From NCBI GenBank assembly GCA_036003045.1, contig DASYSS010000104.1, positions 94,901 to 158,900 on the forward strand: a stretch of 64,000 nt of DNA, given 5' to 3'. Below the pieces are notes generated by a model. The model ran no database searches. It was not told the origin of the DNA and saw only the letters and a list, made by a program, of their open reading frames with translations. Shown here one piece after another: positions 1 to 8,527 of this stretch. Each line of letters begins with the position of its first letter. Position 1 is the stretch's first letter. Source of the DNA: Gemmatimonadaceae bacterium (lineage in GTDB: Bacteria > Gemmatimonadota > Gemmatimonadetes > Gemmatimonadales > Gemmatimonadaceae). The translations under genes were made by a program, and so were the position numbers.

Positions 1-1335
1 GGCCAGACGATCGAGACGGGCTCACGCGTCTCGTCGGAGTTCGCGAACGTCACGAACTATGTATCCGACCTTCATTCGCATACGACACAGCTCCAGGTCG
101 GCATCTCGCCGGTGGCATTCAACTCGGCGTTCCAGTGGGGCGTGACGTACGTCTGGCAGAAAGTCCTCGACGAGCAGCGCGGGTTTGGCGGCGGCAGTAC
201 AGCGAGCGATCCGTACCTGATCCAGTGGGCGCGCGGCAACCAGGACGCTCGCCACCAGATCACCTACAACATCGGGTACACGTTCCATCAGGCCGTGAGC
301 GTCGTCGCGCTCGGCCGGGTCCAGTCGGGGAATCCTTTTACGCCGATGGTGGCGGGCGACATCAACGGCGACGGCTACAACAACGATCGAGCGTTCATCT
401 ACGATCCATCCAGGGTCACCGGCGACTCGGCTCTGGCGGCCGGAATGCGCAACCTGCTCGCGAACGCACCCAGCTCGGTGAAGTCGTGCCTCCAGAGCCA
501 GCTTGGCACGATCGCCGGTCGGAACAGCTGCCAGGCTCCATGGTACACGACGCTCAGCCTGCGCGTCTCGCTCATCTCGCAGGCCATGAGGGTCGTTCCG
601 GACCGCGCCACGATCTCGCTCGGCATCGCCAACCCGCTTACGGGTCTCGACGCGCTCGTCCACGGCTCGAACAACCTGCATGGCTGGGGTGCGCCGTCGT
701 TCGCCGACCCGACGCTCTTGCTGGCCAAGGGCTTCGACCCGGCGTCGCAGCAGTACCAGTACACGGTGAACCCGCGCTTTGGCGCGAATCGGCAGGCCAC
801 CACCACGCTCCTCGCGCCGACGCAGCTCACCCTCGACGTGCGTCTCGACGTCGGGCCGGAGCGTGAACGCCAAGACCTGTTCCTTCGCCTGCGCTCGGGC
901 CGCGGCGGCCGCGGCAACAAGCTCAGCGCCGATCAGATCAAGATTCAGTACGAGCGCACCTACCCGAACCCGTTCGAGCAGATGCTCCGCCAGCAGGACT
1001 CGCTGGGCCTGAGCAACGAGACCGCCGACAGCATCGCGATCCTGAACAAGGCGTACGGCAAGGTGATCGACTCGATCTGGACGCCCGTCGCGGCGTACCT
1101 CGCCGGGCTCGAGGAGAAGTACGATCTCGACGCCGCCTACGATCGCGTGCGCACGGCGGAGAACAGGTCGCTCGATCAGATGGCGATCTACGGACCAGCG
1201 GCCAAGAATTTGTTGACGCCCGAGCAGGTCCGAAAGCTCCCGCCGTTCATCGCGCTGTTCCTCGACAATCAGGCGATTCGCCAGGTGAGACCGGGACGGG
1301 CGGGCGGAGGACGAGGCGGATTCTTCGGAGGATGA
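1..1335 (+). CDS. Outer-membrane beta-barrel protein (TonB-dependent-receptor-like), C-terminal fragment with the 5' end outside the window. It carries a helical C-terminal extension of about 160 aa with LSADQ and LTPEQ (LTXXQ-type) motifs.
   Basis: Frame 1 is open from nt 1, upstream of the GTG at 112 listed in the ORF track. Beta-strand-like segments (WYTTLSLRVSL, ATISLGIANPL, QLTLDVRLDV) are followed by a helical tail. A strong terminator lies just downstream. Confidence 0.6.
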   Translation, partial: GQTIETGSRVSSEFANVTNYVSDLHSHTTQLQVGISPVAFNSAFQWGVTYVWQKVLDEQRGFGGGSTASDPYLIQWARGNQDARHQITYNIGYTFHQAVSVVALGRVQSGNPFTPMVAGDINGDGYNNDRAFIYDPSRVTGDSALAAGMRNLLANAPSSVKSCLQSQLGTIAGRNSCQAPWYTTLSLRVSLISQAMRVVPDRATISLGIANPLTGLDALVHGSNNLHGWGAPSFADPTLLLAKGFDPASQQYQYTVNPRFGANRQATTTLLAPTQLTLDVRLDVGPERERQDLFLRLRSGRGGRGNKLSADQIKIQYERTYPNPFEQMLRQQDSLGLSNETADSIAILNKAYGKVIDSIWTPVAAYLAGLEEKYDLDAAYDRVRTAENRSLDQMAIYGPAAKNLLTPEQVRKLPPFIALFLDNQAIRQVRPGRAGGGRGGFFGG

Positions 1336-1358
1336 TGCAGTTTCTAGAAAGCTCTTTC

Positions 1359-1395
1359 GGACGGCGCCGTCGTGATGACGGCGCCGTTCTTTTTT
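1359..1395 (+). terminator. Rho-independent terminator
   Basis: ACGGCGCCGT (1361-1370) pairs with ACGGCGCCGT (1378-1387) across a 7-nt loop, followed by TCTTTTTT. It starts 24 nt after the stop at 1335. Confidence 0.8.
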
Positions 1396-1494
1396 ACTTC
1401 GGCATCAGCCTGGGTCCTCGGCCACTCTGAGTTCGATCGCCTAGTGGCTCTTTGCCCTCACGTGACTGTGCGCGCCCGGGCTCGTCGTTCGGTC

Positions 1495-3900
1495 ATGCCC
1501 CTCGACTCTCTCCGCTCCGCCGCGCGCAGTCTCCGCCGTCAGCCTGCCTTCGTCTCGGTCGTCGTTCTGTCGCTCGCCCTCGGCATCGCGCTCAACACGA
1601 CTATGTACGGCATGCTCGACGCGCTCCTCCGTCCGCGCATCGACGTGCGCGATCCGGCGCAGCTCTACTGGATCCGCTTCTACGGCGACTACAAGTGGCA
1701 CGTGGACGCCCCGACTCGCGACACGGTGTTGTCGAGCGGGCTGCACACGTACGAGTCGGTGACTCGTGCCGAGCTCGCGATCTTCGCGCAGCAGATCCAG
1801 CACGACGGTCACTTCTCCGAAGGCGTCGTGCAGGGTGTTGCCTGGAACTATTTCGACGTGCTCGGCGCGCGCCCCCTCGCCGGTCGCACGTTCATCTCCT
1901 CCGACGAGACGCCGGATCCATCGGCGATCGTCATCGGCCAAACGGTCGCGTCGCAGCTGTTCCCAAACGGCGATTCGCCGATCGGCGCCACGATCACGAT
2001 CAACCACCAGCCACGCGTCGTCGTCGGCGTCGTGTCGGACTTCACACGGCTCCCCGGCGAGCTGGCGGTCGCTTGGCAGGTCGCCCCGCGCAAGCTGCGC
2101 GGCGGGTTGTTTCAACGACTCATCCGCCTTCGTCCCGGCGCGACTCGTGCCGACGCCGAGCGCGAGCTGTCGACGGTGTCCGCGCGCATCGCGATCGCGG
2201 CGGGCGAGAATCCGAAAGACGACGTGCTCCGCTTCCACCAGGCGGCCGACCCCGAGTTCCAGCTTCGCCCGATGCATCGGGGTCTCATCTATGCCGTCGC
2301 GGCGATCCTGCTCGTGGCGTGCGCCAACCTGGCGAACATTCAGCTGGCTCGCGGCATCGGACGCCGGCGCGAGCTCGCGCTTCGATCGGCATTGGGCGCG
2401 TCGCGCAGCCGGATCATCACGCACTTGATGGGCGAGAGCATCATTCTCGGCGTCGCCGGGCTCGCGCTGGGGCTCGTGCTCACCTATTGGGGCGCGAGGT
2501 CGCTCCACGCGTCGATCCCCCCGACCGTGGGCAAGTACATCGTCGAGCCGCAGATGAGTTGGCGCGTGTTGGTATTCGCGATCGTCGCGCTGCTCTTCTG
2601 TTTGTTCGCGGTCGGTCTCGCGCCCGCGATCAGCATCTCGCGCACGGATCCGAACGAGCTGCTCAAGTCGGGCGCCGGCACCGGAGCGACGAAGCGGAAT
2701 CGGCGGCGCTACGCGTTGCTGGTCGGCGTGGAGATCGCGCTGTCGCTCGCGCTGTGCTGCATCGCCACCGCGACGGTGCACACCTGGATGTTCTACAAAG
2801 GCCGCACCTCGGTTGGGTACGATCCCCGCATGCTGTCGACGGGTAGTCTCACCGTGCAGGTCCCGCCGGGCAGCGCCGTGCGGTACTCCGAGCTCCTGCA
2901 GACGATGGCCGCGCGCATCTCGGCGATTCCCGGCGTGACCGGCGCGGCGACCGCCGCACCGCTGGGAATGCCCGAGGGCAGCGCCGTCACCGTCGCGGAC
3001 GCCGGCGGGGTCCGCGAGTTTCCCGCGCCGCTCTTCGGCGTGACAGCCGTGTCACCGTCGTACGTGCGCACGATGGGCTGGCCGGTCGTGCGCGGTCGCG
3101 ATTTCATCGAGGGCGAACGCGATCGCGGAGGTCTGATCATCGATCAGGCGACCGCCCGAAAGCTCTGGCCCAACAACAACCCGATCGGAGCGCTGCTCAA
3201 GCTCGGCTACAAGAAGTCGAACCGGCCGTACGTTCCGGTCGTCGGCATCATCGGCGAGCAGAAGGGGTTCGAGACGCCGACCGAGGATTCGCAGACCGGC
3301 GCACGGCTCGGGCGCGTGTTCTACTTGCCCGGCCCGAACGACACGGCGACCGCCTCGCGCGTGTTGATGACGTTCAGAGCGCGCGCCGCGAATCATCCGG
3401 AGCGGTTGCCGACGGTTCTTCGTGAACAAATCGGCTCGTTCCCCGACGCCAATGTGTCGCAGGTCATGACGATGGTGGACTTCCTCGGAATCACGACCGG
3501 ACTGCAGGGCGCGCGCTTCTTGTCCGAATTGTTCGTGGCGTTCGCGCTGTTGGCGATCGCGCTCGCCGCGTTCGGCGTGTACGGCGTCGTCGCGCACGCT
3601 GTCGCGGAGCGGCGGCGCGAGCTCGGCGTCCGTGTGGCGCTCGGCGCGACGACGCGCGACATCCTGCACGCGGTGCTGCGAGAGTCCGTGGTCGTAGCGC
3701 TGGCCGGCGCCGCGGGCGGTCTCTATCTCACCAGGGGCGGCGTGCTGCTGGTGTCGGAGATCGCCATGCTCGACGTCTACAACGCGCCGATGTTCGCACT
3801 CGTGGCCATCGCGGTGCTAGGAGTCGCGACCGCGACGGCTTTTGTCCCGGCGATGAGAGCGACGAGAATCGATCCCACGGAGTCGCTCAGAGCGGAGTGA
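1495..3900 (+). CDS. FtsX/MacB-like duplicated ABC permease (ADOP-like). It has no N-terminal 'permease prefix' region and no adjacent PadR gene.
   Basis: The ATG at 1495 yields MPLDSLRSAARSLRRQPAFVSVVVLSLALGIALNT, a typical MacB N-terminal TM helix. There are two FtsX-type TM bundles and the C-terminus reads RATRIDPTESLRAE. The ORF-track start at 1372 overlaps the upstream terminator. Confidence 0.85.
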   Translation: MPLDSLRSAARSLRRQPAFVSVVVLSLALGIALNTTMYGMLDALLRPRIDVRDPAQLYWIRFYGDYKWHVDAPTRDTVLSSGLHTYESVTRAELAIFAQQIQHDGHFSEGVVQGVAWNYFDVLGARPLAGRTFISSDETPDPSAIVIGQTVASQLFPNGDSPIGATITINHQPRVVVGVVSDFTRLPGELAVAWQVAPRKLRGGLFQRLIRLRPGATRADAERELSTVSARIAIAAGENPKDDVLRFHQAADPEFQLRPMHRGLIYAVAAILLVACANLANIQLARGIGRRRELALRSALGASRSRIITHLMGESIILGVAGLALGLVLTYWGARSLHASIPPTVGKYIVEPQMSWRVLVFAIVALLFCLFAVGLAPAISISRTDPNELLKSGAGTGATKRNRRRYALLVGVEIALSLALCCIATATVHTWMFYKGRTSVGYDPRMLSTGSLTVQVPPGSAVRYSELLQTMAARISAIPGVTGAATAAPLGMPEGSAVTVADAGGVREFPAPLFGVTAVSPSYVRTMGWPVVRGRDFIEGERDRGGLIIDQATARKLWPNNNPIGALLKLGYKKSNRPYVPVVGIIGEQKGFETPTEDSQTGARLGRVFYLPGPNDTATASRVLMTFRARAANHPERLPTVLREQIGSFPDANVSQVMTMVDFLGITTGLQGARFLSELFVAFALLAIALAAFGVYGVVAHAVAERRRELGVRVALGATTRDILHAVLRESVVVALAGAAGGLYLTRGGVLLVSEIAMLDVYNAPMFALVAIAVLGVATATAFVPAMRATRIDPTESLRAE

Positions 3901-3966
3901 CAGCCAACCGCGATTGTCGGCCAGTCTGGTTTCTGGTGGCCGGTCAAAGCTCGGCGCGCGCTAGAA

Positions 3967-4112
3967 ATCGGACGTCTGATATCCGACATCGGACCTCAGA
4001 CCAGCTCGCCGGTTCGTGCCCCGCTTGGGCCGGGGCTTAAACCTTTCGATAAGAGCCGACCGGCATGGCGAGGGCTGGGCTGACATCGGACGTCCGCTAT
4101 CAGACGTCCGAT
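3967..4112. repeat. MITE-like / long-hairpin element with terminal inverted repeats
   Basis: ATCGGACGTCTGATA (3967-3981) is the exact reverse complement of TATCAGACGTCCGAT (4098-4112). The arms extend imperfectly to about 35 bp through shared CGGACGTC/ATCGGAC sub-repeats. There is an internal CCCCG...CGGGG hairpin at 4019-4035. The element sits between convergent genes. Confidence 0.5.
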
Positions 4113-4169
4113 GTCCCACAAGAATGTGGACCGCTCGGAGAGACAGCCGCGGAATGGCCGCCGCGCCGT

Positions 4170-5441
4170 TTACTTGACCAACTTCGCCCCGGTCAATAGG
4201 GCCACCGCGGCAAGCGTCGTCTGCGCCGCATTCAGCCCCAACCTGAAATCCTTGTCGTTGTACGTCGAGTACAAATCCGTCGGCTGGTGCCACTGCGGGT
4301 CCCACCCGGCGCCGATCTGTTCGCCGCGCTCGTTCTCGCGCAGAGAAATCGACGGCACGAGATCCTGGAACGGTCCCGAATCGGTGTTCGTCATGTGCTG
4401 CCCGACGCGCGCGGGATAATCCGTCGCGTATTTCTCGTTCGCCGTTTGGAAGAACCACGCGAGCTTCTGCGCGCCTTCGGCGTGCTTGGACGTGACTTGG
4501 AATTCGATGTTGACGTCGGCCTCGGGACGCTGGTCGGGACTCATCGTGCCGTCGGGGCGCGGCATGCCGTGGTCGAACATCATCATGTCGTGCTGGATCA
4601 TGCCCAGCCATTTGGGCTCGGGGTATTTCCCCGAGCCGGGCGGATTCTCCCTGCCCTGAAGCGAATCGCGCTGCGCGATGTAGGCGCGCGCTCCGTTCGT
4701 GCCCGTCTCTTCGTTGTTCCAGAGGATGAATCGGATCGAGCGATCCGTCTTCACGTCGGGGCTGCTGAAGACGCGCGCGACCTCCATGACCAGCGCGGTG
4801 CCCGAGCCGTCGTCGTTCGCCGCTTCGTTCCAGCCGTGGCCGTCCATGTGGCCGCCGACGATGTACATCTCCTCCGGATGCGTCGAGCCGACCTTCGTGC
4901 AGAACACTTCTTGGCGCTCGCCGTCCTTGGCGGGCTCGGTGTCGAGCGCGCGAATGCGCGGGTCAGGCTGCTTTAGCGAATCCGTATTGACGCCTGTTTG
5001 GATCCGGTAGCCGCGAATGCGGCCGCCGCCTTGCGCGGCGTTGCCACGGCCCCGACCGCGGCCGCCGGCGCTGTCGCCGCCGGCACCGCCGCGCGCGCGC
5101 GGAGGAGGCGTGACGTACGTGTAGGTGATGCGCTCGGTCGGTGTGCAGCCATAGCTCTTGAGCTGCGCCTCGATCCAGTCGACCGCCTTGCGGTTGCGCT
5201 CAGTTCCCTGTCGCCGATCGCCGAACTGCGTGAGGCCCTTGATGGTCGCCTTGTACTTCTCGAGATCGAGGCGGGCCACCATGAGGCGGACCGGATCGTT
5301 CAGGGTGTCAGGCGGCGCGCCTTCACTGCCGGCCGCCCCGCGCTGTGCTTGAATCGGCGCAGCGGCCAGGGCGAGAAGAGTCGAAATAGTCGCGACGGAA
5401 ACCGCCGCGCGAGGCCTTAGAATGCGAGTGAGGGTGCTCAT
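4170..5441 (-). CDS. M28-family metallo-aminopeptidase, secreted
   Basis: Signal peptide MSTLTRILRPRAAVSVATISTLLALAAAPIQAQ. Metal-binding core HMDGHGWNEAANDDGSGTALVMEVARVF and WNNEETG. Confidence 0.9.
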   Translation of the reverse strand: MSTLTRILRPRAAVSVATISTLLALAAAPIQAQRGAAGSEGAPPDTLNDPVRLMVARLDLEKYKATIKGLTQFGDRRQGTERNRKAVDWIEAQLKSYGCTPTERITYTYVTPPPRARGGAGGDSAGGRGRGRGNAAQGGGRIRGYRIQTGVNTDSLKQPDPRIRALDTEPAKDGERQEVFCTKVGSTHPEEMYIVGGHMDGHGWNEAANDDGSGTALVMEVARVFSSPDVKTDRSIRFILWNNEETGTNGARAYIAQRDSLQGRENPPGSGKYPEPKWLGMIQHDMMMFDHGMPRPDGTMSPDQRPEADVNIEFQVTSKHAEGAQKLAWFFQTANEKYATDYPARVGQHMTNTDSGPFQDLVPSISLRENERGEQIGAGWDPQWHQPTDLYSTYNDKDFRLGLNAAQTTLAAVALLTGAKLVK

Positions 5442-5482
5442 GATCTCGGGGGATTGGACGCCGGATCATGAGCACCCTCACT
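5427..5482. promoter_or_regulatory. 19-bp perfect inverted repeat overlapping the M28 peptidase start codon
   Basis: AGTGAGGGTGCTCATGATC (5427-5445) pairs with GATCATGAGCACCCTCACT (5464-5482) across an 18-nt loop. The start codon (CAT at 5439-5441) lies inside one arm. The structure begins 18 nt downstream of the upstream gene's stop at 5500. Confidence 0.6.
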
Positions 5483-5499
5483 TCACCCTGCAAGTACCG

Positions 5500-6093
5500 C
5501 TAGCGCCGACGACCACGCGGCGGGCCGCTGTCGCTGTTCCCCGTGCCCACCTGGAACGAGAGCCCGAACCGAAGCTCGTTGGTGCGGGCGGGAGCCTCGT
5601 AGGCAGTCGGTAGGACGAACTCGGTCATCCGCCACCGCGCTTCGCCGAACAGATCGATCGCGTGCGCCAGCGGCACGTTGGCGCCGAGTCCGTAGCTCCA
5701 GTCGTTGCGCGTCTTCGTGCTCGCCACGTTCTGAACGCCCTCCACACCGACGCCGGCGAACACGAACGGCGTGATCGAGCGCGAAGATCCGTCATTCCGG
5801 CCGAAGAGAAACATCGCGTCGGCGTCGGCGCCCCACGGGCGCGTCTCGGTAGAGACGGCCGTTGAATTGTTCGCGGCCTGAAGGGCCAAGTTGCCGCTGG
5901 CCCGGAAGGCCAGGCCGCCATTCCCGCCGAGCGTCAGCGCGAGCCCGGCCAGAGGGCTGCTCCCGGTGGACGGCAGAAAAGACACGAAGGGCGTGACGGC
6001 AAGATCGGATCGTTGGGCAGAGGCCGCGACGACGGGTGCGGCGATGCCGGCGAGGAGAAGCTGCGGCAGCCGGAAGGGGATGGCTCGAGGCAC
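5500..6093 (-). CDS. Small outer-membrane beta-barrel protein (OmpA-like/porin-family barrel)
   Basis: GTG start. Signal peptide ...AAPVVAASAQ. Alternating hydrophobic strands and the terminal strand ELRFGLSFQVG. Confidence 0.75.
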   Translation of the reverse strand: MPRAIPFRLPQLLLAGIAAPVVAASAQRSDLAVTPFVSFLPSTGSSPLAGLALTLGGNGGLAFRASGNLALQAANNSTAVSTETRPWGADADAMFLFGRNDGSSRSITPFVFAGVGVEGVQNVASTKTRNDWSYGLGANVPLAHAIDLFGEARWRMTEFVLPTAYEAPARTNELRFGLSFQVGTGNSDSGPPRGRRR

Positions 6094-6273
6094 GGGCGAC
6101 TCCGGAAAGGGTTCTGTCGCCCCGGCGAGAGTGCACGTCGGGTTCCAAGGTTCCCGTTCTTCGCCAACTCATTGATCCACTGATACTTGCATCGTCGTAG
6201 CTCTGCCGTCGGTCCTGGGCGGTGTCCCGTTGGTTGGACAATGTGTGTCGCCGCGGGAGGTCTTCGCCCCAGT

Positions 6274-6418
6274 TTCGGCCGATGGTACGTTCGGAGTTCG
6301 GCACTCTCGGCCTTCGGCGGAGTCGAGGTTCGGCGATTTCGGGGTCTCGGTATTCCGCAGACTCGGCGTTCCGGCAATTTTCGACGTTCGGCAAATTCGG
6401 AGTCCGGCGGTTTTCGGC
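6274..6418. repeat. Degenerate periodic (T)TCGG array, about 17 occurrences spaced about 7-10 bp apart
   Basis: Read directly: gtTTCGGcc..acgTTCGGagTTCGGcac..cTTCGGcgg..ggTTCGGcgaTTTCGGgg..cgTTCGGcaaaTTCGGag..gTTTTCGGca. It lies in the 340-bp divergent region between 6093 and 6434. Confidence 0.6.
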
Positions 6419-6433
6419 ATTCAGGAGCCTCTA

Positions 6434-6928
6434 ATGAGCATCGGAACATCAATGCTGGCCGAGTTCGATCGGGAGATGGCGACCACCAGGCGGGTGCTGG
6501 AGCGAGTCCCCACCGACCAAGGCACGTGGAAGCCGCACGAGAAGTCGTTCGCGCTCGGCCATCTCGCGCAGCTCGTGGCCGGCATGCCGGGCTGGATCAC
6601 GCTGACGATCCGCAACCCCGACCTGGATCTCAAAAGCGGGAGCGGCTACTCCTTTCAACCGACGGACAGCCTGGTCGCGCAGTTCGACAAGAACGTCGGT
6701 GAAGCGCGCGCCGAGCTCGCGAAGGTCAGCGATCAAGCCTTCGACGAGCCGTGGTCGCTCAAGATGGGCGATCGCGTGCTCACGACCGAGCCGCGCGGCG
6801 TGGTGGTGCGAACGCACATCAACCACCTCGTGCACCATCGCGGGCAGCTCACCGTCTATCTGCGGCTGCTGAACGTCCCGGTTCCGTCGATCTACGGACC
6901 GACGGCGGACGAGCGCACGTTCGGCTGA
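6434..6928 (+). CDS. DinB-family (DinB_2-like) four-helix-bundle protein
   Basis: The ATG at 6434 is preceded by AGGAG at 6424-6428. The sequence MLAEFDREMATTRRVLERVP...INHLVHHRGQLTVYLRLLN shows the typical DinB His motif. Confidence 0.85.
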   Translation: MSIGTSMLAEFDREMATTRRVLERVPTDQGTWKPHEKSFALGHLAQLVAGMPGWITLTIRNPDLDLKSGSGYSFQPTDSLVAQFDKNVGEARAELAKVSDQAFDEPWSLKMGDRVLTTEPRGVVVRTHINHLVHHRGQLTVYLRLLNVPVPSIYGPTADERTFG

Positions 6929-6931
6929 CGG

Positions 6932-8332
6932 CTATCGATTGCGGAAGGTGTACTTCGTCCAGACGACGACCATTCCGCATTCGTTCGGCCGGCCGGGCGG
7001 AATCAACTCGGCGGGAACCATCAGCGGCCGCGCGTACACCTCGACCGCGGCGACCTCGTGGGACTGGAGGTCCGACAGTGCGTTGCCCGATGTTTCGATT
7101 CCGTCCATGAGCAACGTCGGCGAACAGGCCACGCCCTTGTCGTTCGTGGTGGTGAGCGCCACCTGACCGAGGCGCCGCACCATCCGGATGCCCGGCACGT
7201 CGTTGAACACGTTGATGAAATCGGGATAGTGCGCGATCGACGTGGAGTCGAGCATGTAGCCGGCCCCGCCCTTTCGCCGCGCGTCGAACTCCTGCGCCAT
7301 CACATGCACACCGGGCGTCGCCGTCGTTCGCATCCCCTTGAGAACGATCGGCCGCCCGAACTGCAGGGCGACGCGCGTCGTGTCGTGCGGCATGACGTCG
7401 ATGGTCTGCGAGACGGGCGATACGCCGACCGAGAGCACTTCGATCTGCTGTGTGCCGATCGGAACGTCGTGGAGCACGAAGCGGCCGTCCGCGTCGCTCC
7501 TGACTTCGCGGAGTCCCGGCATCGAAACGCGCGCGGCGCCGAACGGTTCACCATTCACGTTGGTCACGATTCCACTGACGGTGCCGACGTGCGACGCCAC
7601 GGAGTCGGTCGGTCCCACCAGCAGGTCGCGGCGCTCGATCCGCCCCGCCCTCGGCGCCAGCTCGATTTCACCGCTCGATGTAGAGTCCTTGGCGCTCGTG
7701 CCCGAGGCTCGAATGGACATCGCTTCCCAAATGGGGATGTCGCAGACGCTGTAGTTGCCCGAGTCATCCGCGAATCCCTCGGCCGTCCAGCGCCGACCTA
7801 CGACGTGGCCCGACTTGGCCCTCAACTCGACCCACGTGACCTCCACCTTTGCGTGAGCGAGCGGGCGCATGGTCGTCGCGTCGCGCACCGTGCCGAACAC
7901 GAAGCCGCTGTCCTTGGGCACCCGGAGGCCGCGGCACTCGATCCGCCACAGCGTCGCGAAGGAGGGGACGCCCAAGCGGACCTCCTCATCCTCGTTCCCG
8001 ACGGTCGCCTTACGCGAAACCCCGGAAAGGCCGAGCGAATCGAGCACGGCGTGCTGAATGGCGAACGTGTAGTCGCCGGGCGGAATGCTGTCGAAGTAGA
8101 AACGCCCGTCAGAATCGGTGGTGGTGTTTCGCGCGCCGGCCCCGGTGCCGAGAATACTGACAAAGGCGTCTCGGAGAGGCTGTCGCCGGATGCTGTCATA
8201 GGCCACGCCGCGGACGGGCAGGGTCCTGGGTATGGCCGAGGCAGACGAGTGGGACACCGCTTGCGCGGTCGCGTTAGTCGATGCGACGATGGCGCTCATG
8301 GCCGCGGCGCACAGCACGACGAACGTCTTCAT
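6932..8332 (-). CDS. CarboxypepD_reg-like repeats plus a TonB-receptor Plug-like domain, with no beta-barrel
   Basis: Start at MKTFVVLCAAAMSAIVASTNATAQA (signal peptide). DSDGRFYFDSIPPGDYTF and SDADGRFVLHDVPIGTQ are CarboxypepD_reg-like. The C-terminus DVPGIRM...LLMDGIE...EVAAVEVY...GMVVVWTK is Plug-like. Confidence 0.75.
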   Translation of the reverse strand: MKTFVVLCAAAMSAIVASTNATAQAVSHSSASAIPRTLPVRGVAYDSIRRQPLRDAFVSILGTGAGARNTTTDSDGRFYFDSIPPGDYTFAIQHAVLDSLGLSGVSRKATVGNEDEEVRLGVPSFATLWRIECRGLRVPKDSGFVFGTVRDATTMRPLAHAKVEVTWVELRAKSGHVVGRRWTAEGFADDSGNYSVCDIPIWEAMSIRASGTSAKDSTSSGEIELAPRAGRIERRDLLVGPTDSVASHVGTVSGIVTNVNGEPFGAARVSMPGLREVRSDADGRFVLHDVPIGTQQIEVLSVGVSPVSQTIDVMPHDTTRVALQFGRPIVLKGMRTTATPGVHVMAQEFDARRKGGAGYMLDSTSIAHYPDFINVFNDVPGIRMVRRLGQVALTTTNDKGVACSPTLLMDGIETSGNALSDLQSHEVAAVEVYARPLMVPAELIPPGRPNECGMVVVWTKYTFRNR

Positions 8333-8527
8333 GGGGCAGAACCCCAGCACGGGTGGGTGCGGCGGTATTGTATACACAACAGCGATGCAGACCGCAAGAC
8401 CGTTCCACAACTACGTAGCGCTCAAGGACGAATCATGCCAATTCCTTGGCCGTTCGATCCTGGGGTCGACGGTAGCAGTGCGCTATAGTAAATCGTCCTA
8501 GTTACATACAGATTCGTCAGCCTCGAA

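Noticed and set aside
6230-6433. N-terminal extension of the DinB-like ORF across the TTCGG array
   Set aside because: The translated repeat is low-complexity (FG/VR/SA iterations). AGGAG plus the ATG at 6434 give the canonical DinB N-terminus.
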